The notes below the pieces were generated by a model that was not told where the DNA came from, ran no database searches, and worked only from the letters and a program-made list of their open reading frames with translations. DNA of 64,000 nt from NCBI RefSeq assembly GCF_009914755.1, contig NC_060948.1, one strand, 5' to 3'. Numbering within the stretch: the stretch's first letter is position 1; the number at the start of each line of letters is the position of its first letter. The position numbers were made by a program, and so were the translations under genes. Source of the DNA: the human T2T-CHM13v2.0 reference genome, Homo sapiens. Positions 1-15,000 of the stretch are shown one piece after another.

Positions 1-3000
1 TTATGGAATCCAATGGAATGGACTACAACGGAATGGACTCGAATGGAATGGAAACGAAGGGAATGGAAAGGAATAGAATGGGTACGAATAGAATAGAATG
101 AAATAGGATTGAACAGAATGGAATGCAATGGAGTGGAATGGAATAGAATCCAATGGAATGGCATTTAATGGAATGGAATGGAAAGGAATGGACTCGAATG
201 AAATACAACAGAATGGAATGACATAAAATTAATTGGAAAGGAATGGAAAGGACCCAAATGTAATGGACTAGATTGGAATTTACTCAAATACAGTGGACTT
301 GAAAGGAATGGTGTCAAATGGAACTTATTCTAATAGAATGGATTCAAATGGAATGCAGTAGAATGGAATGAAATCGAATGGAATGGATTTGAATGGAATG
401 CAGTAGTATGGAATGAAATCGAATGGAATGGAATAAAATGGAAATGAATTTAAGTGAATGGACTGGAATAGAACGCATAACAATGTAATAGATTGCAATG
501 TAATTGGTTTGAAAGGAAAGGATTCCATTGGAATATAATCAAATGGAATGCAATGGTATGCAATGGAATGTAATAGAATGGAATGCAATAAAATGGAATG
601 GAGTGAAATCAAATGGAATGGAATCGAATGGAATGGAATTGAATGGAATGGATTCGAATGGAATGCACTGGAATGGAATGGATTTGAATGGAAAGGAATG
701 GAACGAAATCGAATTGAACAGTTTGGAATCGAATGCAATGTAATGGAATGGAATGGAATGGAATGAAATGGAATGGAATGGAATGGATTCGAAAGGAATT
801 GAAGGCTAGAATAGAACTGAATGGAACTGAATGGAATAGAATGGAATGGAGGGTAATGGAAAGACATCGAAAGGAATGCAATGGAAAGGACTCGAATGGA
901 AAGGACTGGAATGAAATGGACTCGAGTGGAATGGACTGAAATGGAATGGAGACGAATGGATTGGAATGGAATGGAATGGAAAGGATTGGAATGGAATGGA
1001 ATCTGATGGAATGGAATGGAATGAAGTGGTGTTGAATGGAAAAGAATCATATGGAATGGCATTGAATGGAACGGAATAGAATGGACAGAAATAGAATGGT
1101 ATCGAATGTAATTTATTTGAATAGAATGCAATCGAATGGAATGCAATACTATGGATTGGAATCGAATGGAATGGAACGGAATAGATAGGACTGAAATAGA
1201 ACGGACTCGAATGAAATGGATTGCAATGTAACTCATTCAAATGGAATCGAATTGAATGGAATATCATCTTATGAGATGGAATGCAATGCAAAGAAATGGA
1301 ATAGAAAGCAAAGTAAAGGAAAGGAACGGAGTTGAATCGAGTGTAATGGAATCAAATGGAATGGAATCGAAAGGAAAAGACTGGAATGGAATGGACTCGA
1401 ATGGAATGCATTTTAACAAAATGGAATTGAAAGTATTGGAATCGAACGGAAAGGAATTTAATGGAAAGGAATTGAATAGAATTGAAAGGAATAGAATGGA
1501 ATTGAGTGTAATGGAATGATATCGAATGAAATGGAATGGAAGGTAATGGACTCAAATGGAATGGACTGTAAAGGAATGGACTCGAAAGGAATGGACAGAA
1601 CTGGAAAGGACTCGAATGAAATGGAAATGAATAAAATAATTTTGAATGGAATAGAATAGAATGGAATGGAATCAGATGGAACGGAATGGAATGGAATGGA
1701 CTTGAAAGGAATGGACTCGAAAGAAATAGAATAGAATGGAATGGAAGGGAAGGAGTTTAATGGAAAGATATCGAATGAATTTAAAGGAATGGAATGGAAT
1801 CGAATGGAATAGACTGGATTGGAATTTAATGGAATGGACTGGAGTGGAATTTACTCGAATGGAATAGAATGGAGTGGAATGAACTCGAACGAAAAGTAAA
1901 CAAATGGAATGGAATGGAATGGAGTGGAATGGAATGGAATGGAACGGAAAGGAATAGAATGAAATGGAATCAGGTTGAAAATAATGGAAAGGAATGGAGT
2001 CGAATGGAATGGAATCGAATGAAATGGCATCGACTGGAATAGAATGTAATGGGCTCAAATGGAATGGACTCGAATGGAATAGAATGCAATGGAATGACAT
2101 AGAATGGAATAGAATAGAATGGATTGGAATGGAATGGAATGGACCCAAATGTAATGGACTCGAAAGCAAGGGACTCAAATAGAATGGTCTCAAAGGAATG
2201 GTCTCGAATGGAATTTATTAAAATAGAATGGAATCGAATGGAATACAATAGTATGGACTGGAATCGAATGGAATTCAATAAAGTGAAATGGAATGGAATG
2301 GAATGGAATGGAGTAAAACGGACCAGAATGTAATGGATTGCAATGTAATTTATTAAAATGGAATGGAATTGAATGAGATTTAATCAAATGTAATGGCATG
2401 GAATGCAACGGAATGGAATAAACTGGATTGCAATGGAATTGAACGGAGTGGAATCAAATGCAATGGAACCGAATGGAATGGAATCGATTGGAATTGACTG
2501 CTATTTAATGGACTGATAGGGAATGGACTCGAATGGATAGGACTGGAACAACATGGAATCGAATGCATTTGAACTGAATGGAAAGGAAAAAAATGGAATA
2601 GAATGGAATGAACTCGAGTAGAATGGAATCGAAAGGAATGGAACTGAATGGAATGAAACTGAATGGAATCAAAAGGAACAGAATGGAATGGAGTGTAATG
2701 GAAAGGCATTGAATGGAATAGAAAGGAATTTAATGGATTCAAATGGAATGGACAGGAATGAAAAGTGGTCGAATTGAGTGGAATAGATTGGAATGGAATA
2801 GAATAGAAAGGAATTGAATGGAATCAAAGGGAATAGAATTGAATGGAGTGTAATGGAAGATATCTAATGGAATGGAATGGAATGGAATGGGCTCAAATGG
2901 AAATGTCGGTAATGGAATGGACTCCAGTGGAATGGCCTGGAGGGGAATGGATTAGAATGGAATGGAAGCAAACGGAATGATATGGAATGGAATGGAATGG

Positions 3001-6000
3001 AATGGAATGGAATGGAACGGAATGGAAAGGAATAGAAAGGAATGGAATAGGTTGCAATAGAATGGAATGGAATGGAGTCCAATGGCATAGAACAGAAAGC
3101 AATGGCGTCGAAAGGAATGGAATGGAGTGGAATCGAATGGAACCGACTGGAGTGGAATTGACTCGAATGGAATGGAAACGAGTGGAATGGAAGGTACTGG
3201 AATTGAAAGGAATAGAATGGAATCGGATGGAACTTAATGGAATGCAATGGAGTCGAAAGGAATAAAATCGAAAGGAATGGCATCAAACGGAATGGAATTG
3301 AATGGAATGAACTCGAATGGAACTTATTCAAATGGAATGGAATAGAATAGAATGAAATGACTTCGAATGGAAAAGAATGGAATCTAATGGACCCAAATGA
3401 AATGGACTCGAATGGAATGGACTCAAATATATTGGACTTAAAAGGAATGGTCTCGAATGGAATTTTTTCGAATAGAATGGAATTGAAAGGAATGAAATAA
3501 TATGAAATGGAATCGAAAGGAATGGAATCAAGTGGAATGGACCGGAATGGAATGGACTGGAACGGAACGGACTCGAATGTAATGGAATGCAATGTAATTG
3601 ATTCGAATCGAATGGAACGTAAAGAAATGGAATGGAAAGGAATGCAAAGGAATGTAATAGAATGGAATGAAATGGAATGGATTTTAATGGACCCAAATGT
3701 GATGGACTCGAAAGGAACGTACGCAAATATAATACACTCATAAGGAATGGTTTCGCATGGTATCTATTAGAATTGAATCGAATCGAAAGGAATGCAATAG
3801 TATGGAAAGGAATCGAATGGAATGTGATAAAATGTAATAGACCGGAATGGAATGGACTGCAATAGAATGGACTGTATTGCAACGTAATTGATAAAAATGG
3901 AATGGAATCAAATGGAATGAAATCTAACGGTATGTAATGGAATGCAATTGAGCGGAATAGAATGGAATGCAATGTAATGGAATGGAGTGGATTCAAGTGG
4001 AATGGAATCACATGGAATGGAATCGAATGAAATGGAATTGGATGGAATGGACTGGAATGGAATGGACTCCAATGGAAAAGACTGGAACAAATGGAATAGA
4101 AGGAATTGGAATCGAATGGAAAGGAATGAAATGGAATGGAATGAACTCTATTGGAATGGAGTTCAATGGAATTATACCGAATTTAATGGAATAGAATGGA
4201 ATGGAATTGAATGTAATCAAAAGGAATATAATTGAATGGAGAGTAATGGATAGATATTGAATGGAAAGGAATGGAATGGAATGTGCTCGAATGGGATGGA
4301 TTGAAATTGAATGGATTCGAATGTAATGCAATGGAGTGGAACGGTCAGAAATGGAATGGGAAAGAAGGGAATTGAATGGAATGGAAAGGAATAGAATGGA
4401 ATTAACTCGGATGGAACAAAATGGAATAGAATGGAGTCGTATGGAATGGAATAGAATGGAACAGCATCAAATGGAATGGAGTGGAATGGAATGGACCCAA
4501 ATGTACAGGATTCAAATGAAGTGGAATCAAATAGAATGGACTTGAAAGAAATGGTATCGAATGGAATTTGTCCGAATAAAATGAAATCGAATTTAATGCA
4601 AAAATATCGAATGGAATGAAATGGAATTGAATGGAGTGAACTGGAATAGAATGGACTCAAAGGTAATGGATTTTAATGTAATTGATTCGAATGGAATGGA
4701 ATCGAATGGAACTTAATCAAATGGAATGGAATGGAATGCAATGGAAAGTAGTAGAATGGAATGCAAAGGAAAGGAACAGTGTGGCATCGAGTGGAATGGA
4801 ATCGAATGGAAAGGAATCGAACGGAATGGAATCGAACAGACTGGAGTGGAATGGAATGGACTCGCACTGGAAGAAAATGCAATGGAACGGATTTGAATCG
4901 AACAGAAAGGAATGGAATGGAACGGAATGGAATGGAATGGAATGGACTTCAACGGAATGGATATGAATGGAACGGAACCGATTGGAATGGAACCGAATAG
5001 AATGGAATTGAAAGGATTCAAAAGGAAGAGAATGGAATAGAGTGTAATGGAAAGATATTGAATGGAATGGAATGGAATGGACTCAAATGAATTGGACAGG
5101 AGTGGAATGTACGCTAATGCAAGGGACTGGAGTGGATTGGACACGAATGAATTGGAAACGAATGGAATTGAACGAAAAGGAATGCAATTGCATCCATAGG
5201 AATAGAATGGAATGGAATCGGATGGAACGGAATGGAATGGAATGCAGTAGAATGGAATAGAATACCATGCAATGGTTTCAAAAGGAATAGAATGAAATGG
5301 GACTGGATTCAAATGCAATGGACTCGAAAGGAATAGAACACAATGGACTGGTTTAGAATGGAATGCATTGAAATGGAAAATAATGGAATGGATTCGATTC
5401 AAATGCAATGGACTCAAATGGAATAGAATCGAATGGAATGGCATCGAATGGCATGGAATTGAATGGAATGGATTGGATTGAAATGCAATGGACTTGAATG
5501 GAATGGAATAGAATTGAATATACTGGCATGAAATGCAAAGGAATGGAATGGAATGGAAAGGAAAGAACGGAATGGAATGGACACAAATGTAATGTATTGA
5601 AATGTAATGGACTCAAATAGAATGGACTCCAAAAGGATTGGTCTCGAATGGAATTTATTCCAATAGAATGGAATCTAATGGAATGCAATACTACGGAATG
5701 GAATCAAATGGAATGGAATTGAATGAAATGTAATCAATCTGAATGGATTGGAATGCAAAGGAATGGAATTCAGTGGAATGCAAAAGAAAAGAAAGGAGTG
5801 GAATTGAGTGCAATGGAGTCGAATGGAATGGTATTAAATGGAATGAAATCGAATGGAATTGACTGGAATGTAATGGACTCGAATGGATTAAACAGGAAAA
5901 AAATGGTGTCGAACAGATTGGAATCTAATGGAATGGAATGGAACGAAATGGAATGGAATGGAATGGAATAGACTCAAAAGGAATGGAGTCGAATTTAATG

Positions 6001-9000
6001 GAGTCAAATGGAATGAAATCGAATGGAATGGACTGGAATGGAATTGAAAGTATAGAATGGAATAGAGTGTAATGGAAAGAAATCGAATGGAATGGAATGG
6101 AATGGACTCGAATAGAATGTATCGGAATTAAATGGACTTGAATGTCATGGACTGGAGTTGAATGGACTCGAATGCAATGGAAACGAATGGAATGGAATGG
6201 AGTAGTGTTCAAAGGAGTAGAACGGAAAGGAATAGAATGGAAGGGAAGCGGATGGAATGGAATTAAATGGAATCAAAAGGAATAGAAAGGAAAGGAGTGT
6301 AACAGAAACATATCAAATGGAATGGAATGGACTCGAAAGGAATGGACTGCAATGGAATGGACTCGAATGGAAGGGACTGGAGTAGAATGGCCCCGAGTGG
6401 AATGGAGACGAATTGAATGAAATGGAATGGAAAGGAATGGAATGGAATGGAATGAAGTGTAATGGAAAGAATTAGAATGGAATGGAATCGGATGGAACGG
6501 AATGGAATGGAATGGAGTCGAATGGAATAGAATCGAATGCAATGGCATCAAATGGAATTGAATGGACTCAAAGGGAATAGAATTGAATGGAGTGACATGG
6601 AATGAAATGGATTGTAATGGAATGGACACTAATGTAATGGGATGTAATGGAATGGACTCAAATAGAATGACCCCAAAAGAAATGGTCTCGAAAGTAATTT
6701 ATATGAATAGAATGGAATAGAATAGAATGCAATAGCATAGAATGGAAAGGAATGTAATGGAGGAGAATGTAATGGACCGGAATGGAATGTACTGGAATAG
6801 AACGGACTCGAAAGTAATGCATTGCAATGTAATTGATTTGAATGAAATGGAATCGAATGGAATGTAAACAATTGGAATGGAGTGGAAGGCAATGGGATCG
6901 AATAGAATGTAATGCAATGGAATGGAACGAAGTGGAATCGAATGGAATGGAATCGAATGGAATGTAATAGAATGGAATGGACTGGAAATTAATGATGTGG
7001 AATGGAATGGACTGGAGAGGAATGGACTCGAATTGAATGGAAACGAATGGAATGACATGGAATGGAATGGAATGCAATGGAAAGTAAAGGAATAGCATGG
7101 AATGGAATTGGATGGAACGGAATGGAATAGAATGCAGTCGATTGGAATAGAATCCAATGGAATGTGTTTGAATGGAATGGAATTTAATGGAATAGAACGC
7201 ATTCGAATGGAATGGACTAGAATGGAACAGAATATACTGGAATGGCATCGAATGGAATGGAATGGAATGGAACGGAATAGAAACAAATGTAATGTTCTCA
7301 AATGCAATGGAATCAAATAGAATGAACTTGAAAGGAATGGACTCGAATGGAATTTATTCGAATAGAATGGAATTGAATGCAATGCAATAGTATGGAATGA
7401 AATAGAATGGAATGGAGTTGAATGTAATGGACCGGAATTGAATGGACTGGAATAGAATGGACTAGAAGGTAATGTACTCCAATGTAATTGATTCAAACTG
7501 AATGGAATCAAATGGAATGTAATCAAAAGGAATGGAATTGAATGCAATTGAATGGAACAGAATGAAATGCAAAGGAATGGAAACGAGTAGAATCGAGTGG
7601 AATGGAATCGAGTGGCATGAAATTGAAAGGAATGGAATCGATTGGAATGGATTGGACAGTTGTGGACTCCAATGGATAGGAATTGAACAAAATGGAATCG
7701 AACAGATTTGATTCAAACATAACGGAATGGTATTGCATGGAATGCACTATAATGGAATGGAGTCGAATGGAATGCAGTCGAATGGAATGGAATGATATAC
7801 AACGGAATTGAATGGAATCGAAAGGAATACAATGGAATGGAGTGTATGGAAAGAAATCGAAAAGAATGGATACGAATGTAATGGACTGTTGTTGAATGGA
7901 CTCGAATGGAATGGAAACGAATGGAATGTAATGGAAAGGAGTGGAATGGAATGGAATGGAATGGAATAGAAAAGAATGGAATGTAATGGAAAGGAGTGGA
8001 ATGGAATGAAAAGGAAATCAATATAATAGAATGTAATTATATGGAACAGAATAGAATTAAAAGGATTGGAATGGAATACAATCAAATGGGATGGGATCAA
8101 ATGAAATGGAATGGAATTTAATGGAATGGACCCAAATGTAATGGACTCGAATGGAATTGACTCAAATAGAATGGACTCGAAAGGAATGGTCTTGAATGGG
8201 GTTTATACAAATAGAATGGAATCGAATGGAATGGAATAGAATGGAATTGAATGGAATGGAATGGAGTCGCTGGGAATGGACCGGAATGGAATGGACTGGA
8301 AAATAACGGACACGAATGCAATGGATTGCAAGGTAACTGATTCGAATGGAATGGAATCGAACGCAATGTAATCAAATGGAATGGAATGGAATGCAGCGGA
8401 ATGAAAGCAAATGGAAGGCATTTGAATGGAACGGAGTTAAATCGAGTGGAATGGATTCTAATGGAACGGAATCATATGGAATGGAATGTAATGGAATGGA
8501 ATAGAATGGACCTAAAGGTAATAGACTCTAATACAATGTACTCGAAAAGAATGGCAGCGAATGGAATTTATTCGAATACAATGGAATTGAATAAAATGCA
8601 ATAGTATGGAATGGAATAGAATGGAATGGAATTGATTGCAATCGAAAGAAATAGAATGGAATGCAGTGTAATGGAAAGATATTGAATGGAATGTAATGGA
8701 ATGGACTCAAATGGACAGGACGTTAATGGAATGGTTTTGAATGGAATGGACTAGTGTGGAATGGATTCGAATGGAAAGTAAAAGAATAGAAAGGAAATGA
8801 ATGGAATGGAATGGAAAGGAATACAATGGAAAGGAATTAGATGGAATGGAATGGAATGGAATGGAGTCGAATGGAAGAGAATAGAATGGAGTGGCATTGA
8901 ATAGAATGGAGTGGAAGGGAATAGAATGGTTATGAAAGGGATGGATTCGAATGGAATAGAATCGAATGGAATGGCATGGAATGGAATGGAATGGAATGCA

Positions 9001-12000
9001 ATGGAATGGAATGGAATTCAATGGAATGGAATGGAAAGGACCCAAATATATTGGACTCAAATGGAATGCACTCAAATAGAATTGATTCAAAAGGAATGGT
9101 TTCAAATGAATTTATTCTATTAGAATGTAATCGAACGGAATACAATAGAATGGAATGGAATCGAAGATAATGGAATAGAATTGAATGGAATGGAATGGAA
9201 GGGACTGTAATAGAACGGACTCGAATGTAATGGATTCCAAAGTAATTGCTTTGAATGGAATGGAATTGAATGGAATATAATAAAATGTAATGGAATGGAA
9301 GGCAATAGAATGGAATAGAGTGGAATGCAGTGGAATGGAAAGGAGTGGAATCGAGTGTAATGAAATCAAAAGGAATGGAATCGGATGGAATGGAATTGAT
9401 TGGAATGGACTGGAATGTAATGGACTCGAATGGTTTTGACTAGAAAAAAATCAAATCGTACAGACTGGAATTGAACAGAAGGGAATGGAATGGAATAGAA
9501 TTGAATGGAATTGAGTTGAATGTAATGTAGTCGAATGGAATGGAATCGAATGGAATGGAATATAATGGAATTCAATGACATAGAAAGGAATATAATGGAA
9601 TGGAGGGTAATGGAAATAAATCGAATGGAATGGAATGCAATGGACTCGGATGGAATATACTGGAATGGAATGGACTCGAATGGTATGGACTGGAGTGCAA
9701 TGGACTAGAATGGAATGCAAACGAAAGGAATGGAATGGAATGGAATGGAATGGAATGGAATGGAATGGAATTTAATGGAATGGAAACAATCGAATGGAAT
9801 GGAATCGGTTGGAATGGAATGTAATTGAATGGAGTCAAATGTAATAGAATCATTTGGAATGGCCTCGAATGGAATGGAATGTAATATAGTGGACTGAAAC
9901 GGAATGGACTCGAATGGAATGGATTGATATAGAATGGAAACAAAAGGATGGACTTGAATAGAATTTATTCGAATAGAATGGAGTTGAATGGAATGCAATA
10001 GTATGGTACGTAATCGAATGAAATAGAATCGAATGGAATTGAGAGGAATGGAATGGCCTGGAAAAGTACAGACCCGAATGCAATGTATTGCAAAGTAATT
10101 TATTCAAAAGGAATTTAGTCGAATGGAACATAATCAACGAAATGGAATGGAATAAAATGGAATGGAATAGAATGGAATGCAATGGAATTGAACAGAGTGG
10201 AATTGATTGGAATGGGAACGAATGGAATGGAATCGAATAGATTGGGCTTGAATGGAATGGACTGTAATGCAATAGACTGGAAAAAACCGGAATTGAACGG
10301 ATTGGAATCAAAGGCAAAGGAAAGGAATTGAATGGAATGGAATGGAATGGATTCAAATACAGTGGAATCAAATGGAATGGAATTGATTGGAATCAAAAGG
10401 AAAATAATTGAATAGAGTGTAATGGAAATATATCGAATGGAATGGAATGGAAAGGAATGGTCTCGAATGGAATGGACTGCAATGGAACGGATTCGAATGA
10501 AATAGAGTGGAGTGGAATGGACTCGAAAGAAAGGAAATAAATGGAATGTAAAGGAAAGGAATAGAATGGAATGGAAACCGGATGGAGCGGAAAGGAATGG
10601 AATGGAAAGGAATCAGATGGAACAGAATGGAATGGAATGGAATGGAATTCAATCTAGACAAACGGAATAAAATCAAATGGAATGACATCGAATTTAATGG
10701 AATGGAATAGAATGGACCCAAATTTAATGGAGTCAAATGGAATGGACACAAATAGAATGGATATGAAAAGAATGGTCTCGAATGTAATTAATATGAATAG
10801 ACGGGAATAGGATGGAATGCAATAGTATGGAAAGGAATCGAATGGAATGGAAACGAATGGAATGGACCGGAATGGAATGGAATGGAATAGAACGGACTCG
10901 ATTGTTACATATTGCAATGTAACGGATTCAAATGGAATCGAAAGGAATATAATCAAAAGTAATGGAATGGAATGCAATGCAATGGAATTGAAAGAAATGA
11001 AATGGAATGGAACAGAGTGGAATTAAGTTGAATGGAATCGAATGGAATGGAATCGAGTGGAATGGAACCGAGTGGAATGGAGTTGAATGGAATGGACTGG
11101 AATAAATTGGAATAGAATGGATTGGAAACGAACGGAACGAAATTGAATGGAAACGAATGGAATGGAATGGACTCGAATGGAATGGGGTCGAATGGAATGC
11201 AATTGAATGGATTGGAATTAAATGGAATTGAATCGAATGAAATGGAATTGAAAGGAATCGAAAGTTATAGAATAGAATGAGGTGCAATGGAAGGAACTGG
11301 AATTGAATGGAATGGAATGGAATGGAAACGAATGGAATGGAATGGACTCGAATGGCATAGACTGGAAAGGAATGAACTCGAATCAAATGGAGTCGAAAGG
11401 AATGGAATCGAATGTAATGAAATTGAAAGGAATGAAATTGAAAGGAATTAAAGGAATAGAAAGGAATGGAGTGAAAAAGAAATATATCATATGGAATGGA
11501 ATGGAATGGACTGGAATTGAATGGACTTGAATGGAATGGACTGGAGTGGAATGGACTCGAATGAAATGGACTGGAGTGGAATGTACTAGAATCGAATTGA
11601 AATGAAGGAATGGAATGGAATGGAATGGAATACTATGAAATGGAACCTTATAGAACAGAAAGGAATGGAATGCAGACGCATGGAATAGAATCTAATGGAA
11701 AGGCATAGGATGGAAAGACTAGAATGGAATGGACTCAAATGAAATGGATTCGAACAGAATATAATTGAATGGAATGGCATCGAGTGGAATGGAATGGAAT
11801 GGGATGGAAGGGAAAGGAACCAAATGTAATGGAGTCTAATGGAATGTACTTAAATAGAATGAACATGAAGGGAATGGTTTCGAACAGATTTTATTCGAAT
11901 AGAATGGAATCGAATGTAATGTAATATTATGGAATGTAATAGAATGGAATGGAATCGAATAGAATAGAATGGAATGGACTGGAATGGAATTGAACGGACT

Positions 12001-15000
12001 CTCATGGATTGCAATGTAATAGTTTCGAATGAAATGGAATCAAATGGAATGTAATCAAATGGAATGGAATGGAATGCAATGGAATGGAATAGAATGCAAT
12101 GCAATGGAATGAAACAGAGAATAGTGTGGAATGGAATCGAATGGAATGGAATCGAATGGAATGGACTGGAATGGAAAGGAATCCAATGGAATGGACTGCA
12201 ACAAAATGGAACTGAACAGATTGGAATCGAACTGAATGGAATGAAATAGAATAGAATGGAATGGACTCTAATGGGATGGAGTCGAATGGAACCAAATCAA
12301 ATGGAATGGAGTGGAATGGAGTGGACACGCATGGAATGCACTGGAACAAAATGGAATGGAACGGATTGGAATCGAACAGAAAGGAATGGAATGGAATGGA
12401 ATGGAATGGAATGGAATGGAATGGAATGGAATGAAATGGAATGGAAAGGACTTGAAAGTAATGGAGTTGAATGGAATGTAACCGATTGGAATGGAATCGA
12501 ATGTAATGGAATTGAGTGGATTCAAAAGGAATAGAATGGAATGGAGTGTAGTGGAAAGATATTGAATGGAATGGAATGGAATCAAATGGATTGGACAAGA
12601 GTGGAATGGACGCGAATGGAAAGGAATGGAGTGGAATGGACACGAATGAATTGGAAACGAATGGAATTGAATGAATAGGAATGAAATTGCATGCAAAGGA
12701 AAAGAATGGAACGGAAACGGATGGAACGGAATGGAATGGAATGCAGTAGAATGCAATTGAATACAATGGAATGGTTTCGCATGGGATGGAATGAAATGGA
12801 ATGGAATGGAATGGATTGGATTCCAATGCAATAGACTCGAATGGGATAAAATAAAATGGAATGGTTTCGAATGGAAGGGAATGGAATGGATTGGATTGAA
12901 ATGCAATGGACTCAAATTGAATAGAATCGAATACATCAAATGGCATGGAATTGAATGGAATGGATTGGATTGAAATGCAACGTACTCAAATGGAATAGAA
13001 TCGAATTTAATGGCATGAAATGCAATGGAATGGGATGGAATGTAAAGGAATGGAATGGAATGGACTGGACACACATGTGATGTACTCAAATAGAATGGAC
13101 TCCAAAAGGATTGGTCTCGAATGGAATTTATTCGAATGGAATGGAATCTAATGGAATGCAACACTATGGAATGGAATCAAATGGAATGGAATTAAATGGA
13201 AAGTAATCACACGGAATAGATTGTAATGCAATGGAATGGAAGTCCATGGAATGCAAAGGAAAGGAATGGAGTGGAAATGAGTGGAATGGAATTGAATGGA
13301 ATAGAATCAAATGGAATGCAATCGAGTGGAATTGACCGGAATGTAATGGACTCGAATGGATTAGACAGGGAAAAAACGGAGTAGAACAGAATGGAATAGA
13401 GTGGAATGGAATGGAATGGAATGGAATACACTGGATCCAATTTAATAGACTCAAAGAGAATGGAATCGAAAGGAAAGGTAGCGAATGGAATTTATTCAAA
13501 TACAATGGAATTGAATAAAATGCAATAGTATGGAATGGAATCGAATGGAATGAAATTGAAGGGAATCGAAAAGAATAGAATGGAATGCAGTATAATGGAA
13601 AGACATCGAATGGAATGGAATGTAATTGACTCAAATGGTCAGGAGTTGATTGGAATGGTCTTGAAGGGAATGGACTGGAGTGGAATGGACTCGAATGCAA
13701 AGTAAACGAAAGGAAAGGAATTGAATGGAATTAATGGAAAGGAATAGAATGGAACGGAATTGGATGGAATGGAATGGAGTCGAATGGAATAGAATAGAAT
13801 GGAATGGCATTGAATTGAATGGAGTGGAATGGAGTGGAGTGGAAACAAATGGGATGGATTCGTATGGAATAGAATCGAATGGAATAGCATCGAATGGAAT
13901 GGAATGGAATGGTATGGAATGGATTGGAATGGAAAGGACCCAAATATATTGGACTCAAATGGAATGCACTCAAATAGAATGGACTCAAAAGGAAGGGTTT
14001 CGAATGTATTTATTCAATTAGAATGTAATCAAATGGAAGGTAATAGAATGGATTGCAATCTAAAATAATGGAATCAAATTGAATGTACCAGAATGGAATG
14101 GATTGGTATACAACGGACTCGAATGTTATGGGTTCCAATGAAATTGATTCGAATGGAATGGAATTGAATGGAATATAATCAAATGTAATGGAATGGAAGG
14201 CAATGGAATGGAATAGAATGGAAAGCAGTGTAATGAAATGGAGTGCAATCGAGTTCAGTGGAATCAAAAGGAATGGAATCGAATGCAATGCACTGGAATG
14301 GAAAGGAATCAAATGGAATGGACTGCAACAAAATGGAATTGAACAGATTGGAATCGAACTGAATGGAATGAAATAGAATGGAATGGAATGGAGTCGAACT
14401 GTATGGGGTCGAATGGAATGGAATCGAATGGAATAGAATCGAATGGAATCGGATTGAGTGGAATGGAAGGGAGTGGAATGGAATGAAATCAAATGGAATG
14501 GATTCAAATGGAATAGAGTCGAGTAGAACGGCATCAAATGGAATGGAATGGAATATAATGGAATGGAAAGGAATGGAATGGAATGGACCCAAATGTAATG
14601 GACTCAAACGGAACGGACTCAAATACAATGGACTTGAAAAAAAAGGGTTTCGAATGGATTTTATTCGTAACAAATGGAATCGAAAGTATTGTAATAGGAT
14701 CGAAAAGAATTGAATGGAATGGAATCGAATGGAATGTACCAGAATGGAATGGAGAGGAAAAGAATGGGCAAGAATATAATGGATTGCAATGAAATTGATT
14801 CGAATGGAATTAAATCGAATGGAATGTAATCAAATGGAATGGAATTCAATGCAATTGAATGGAATAGAATGGAATGCAATGGAATGGAATTCAGTGGAAT
14901 CGAGTGGAATGGAATCAAATGGAAAGGAATAGAATGGAATGGACTCGAATGGAATGGACTTGAAGTAAATGGAATCGTAAGGATTGGAATCAAATGGAAC

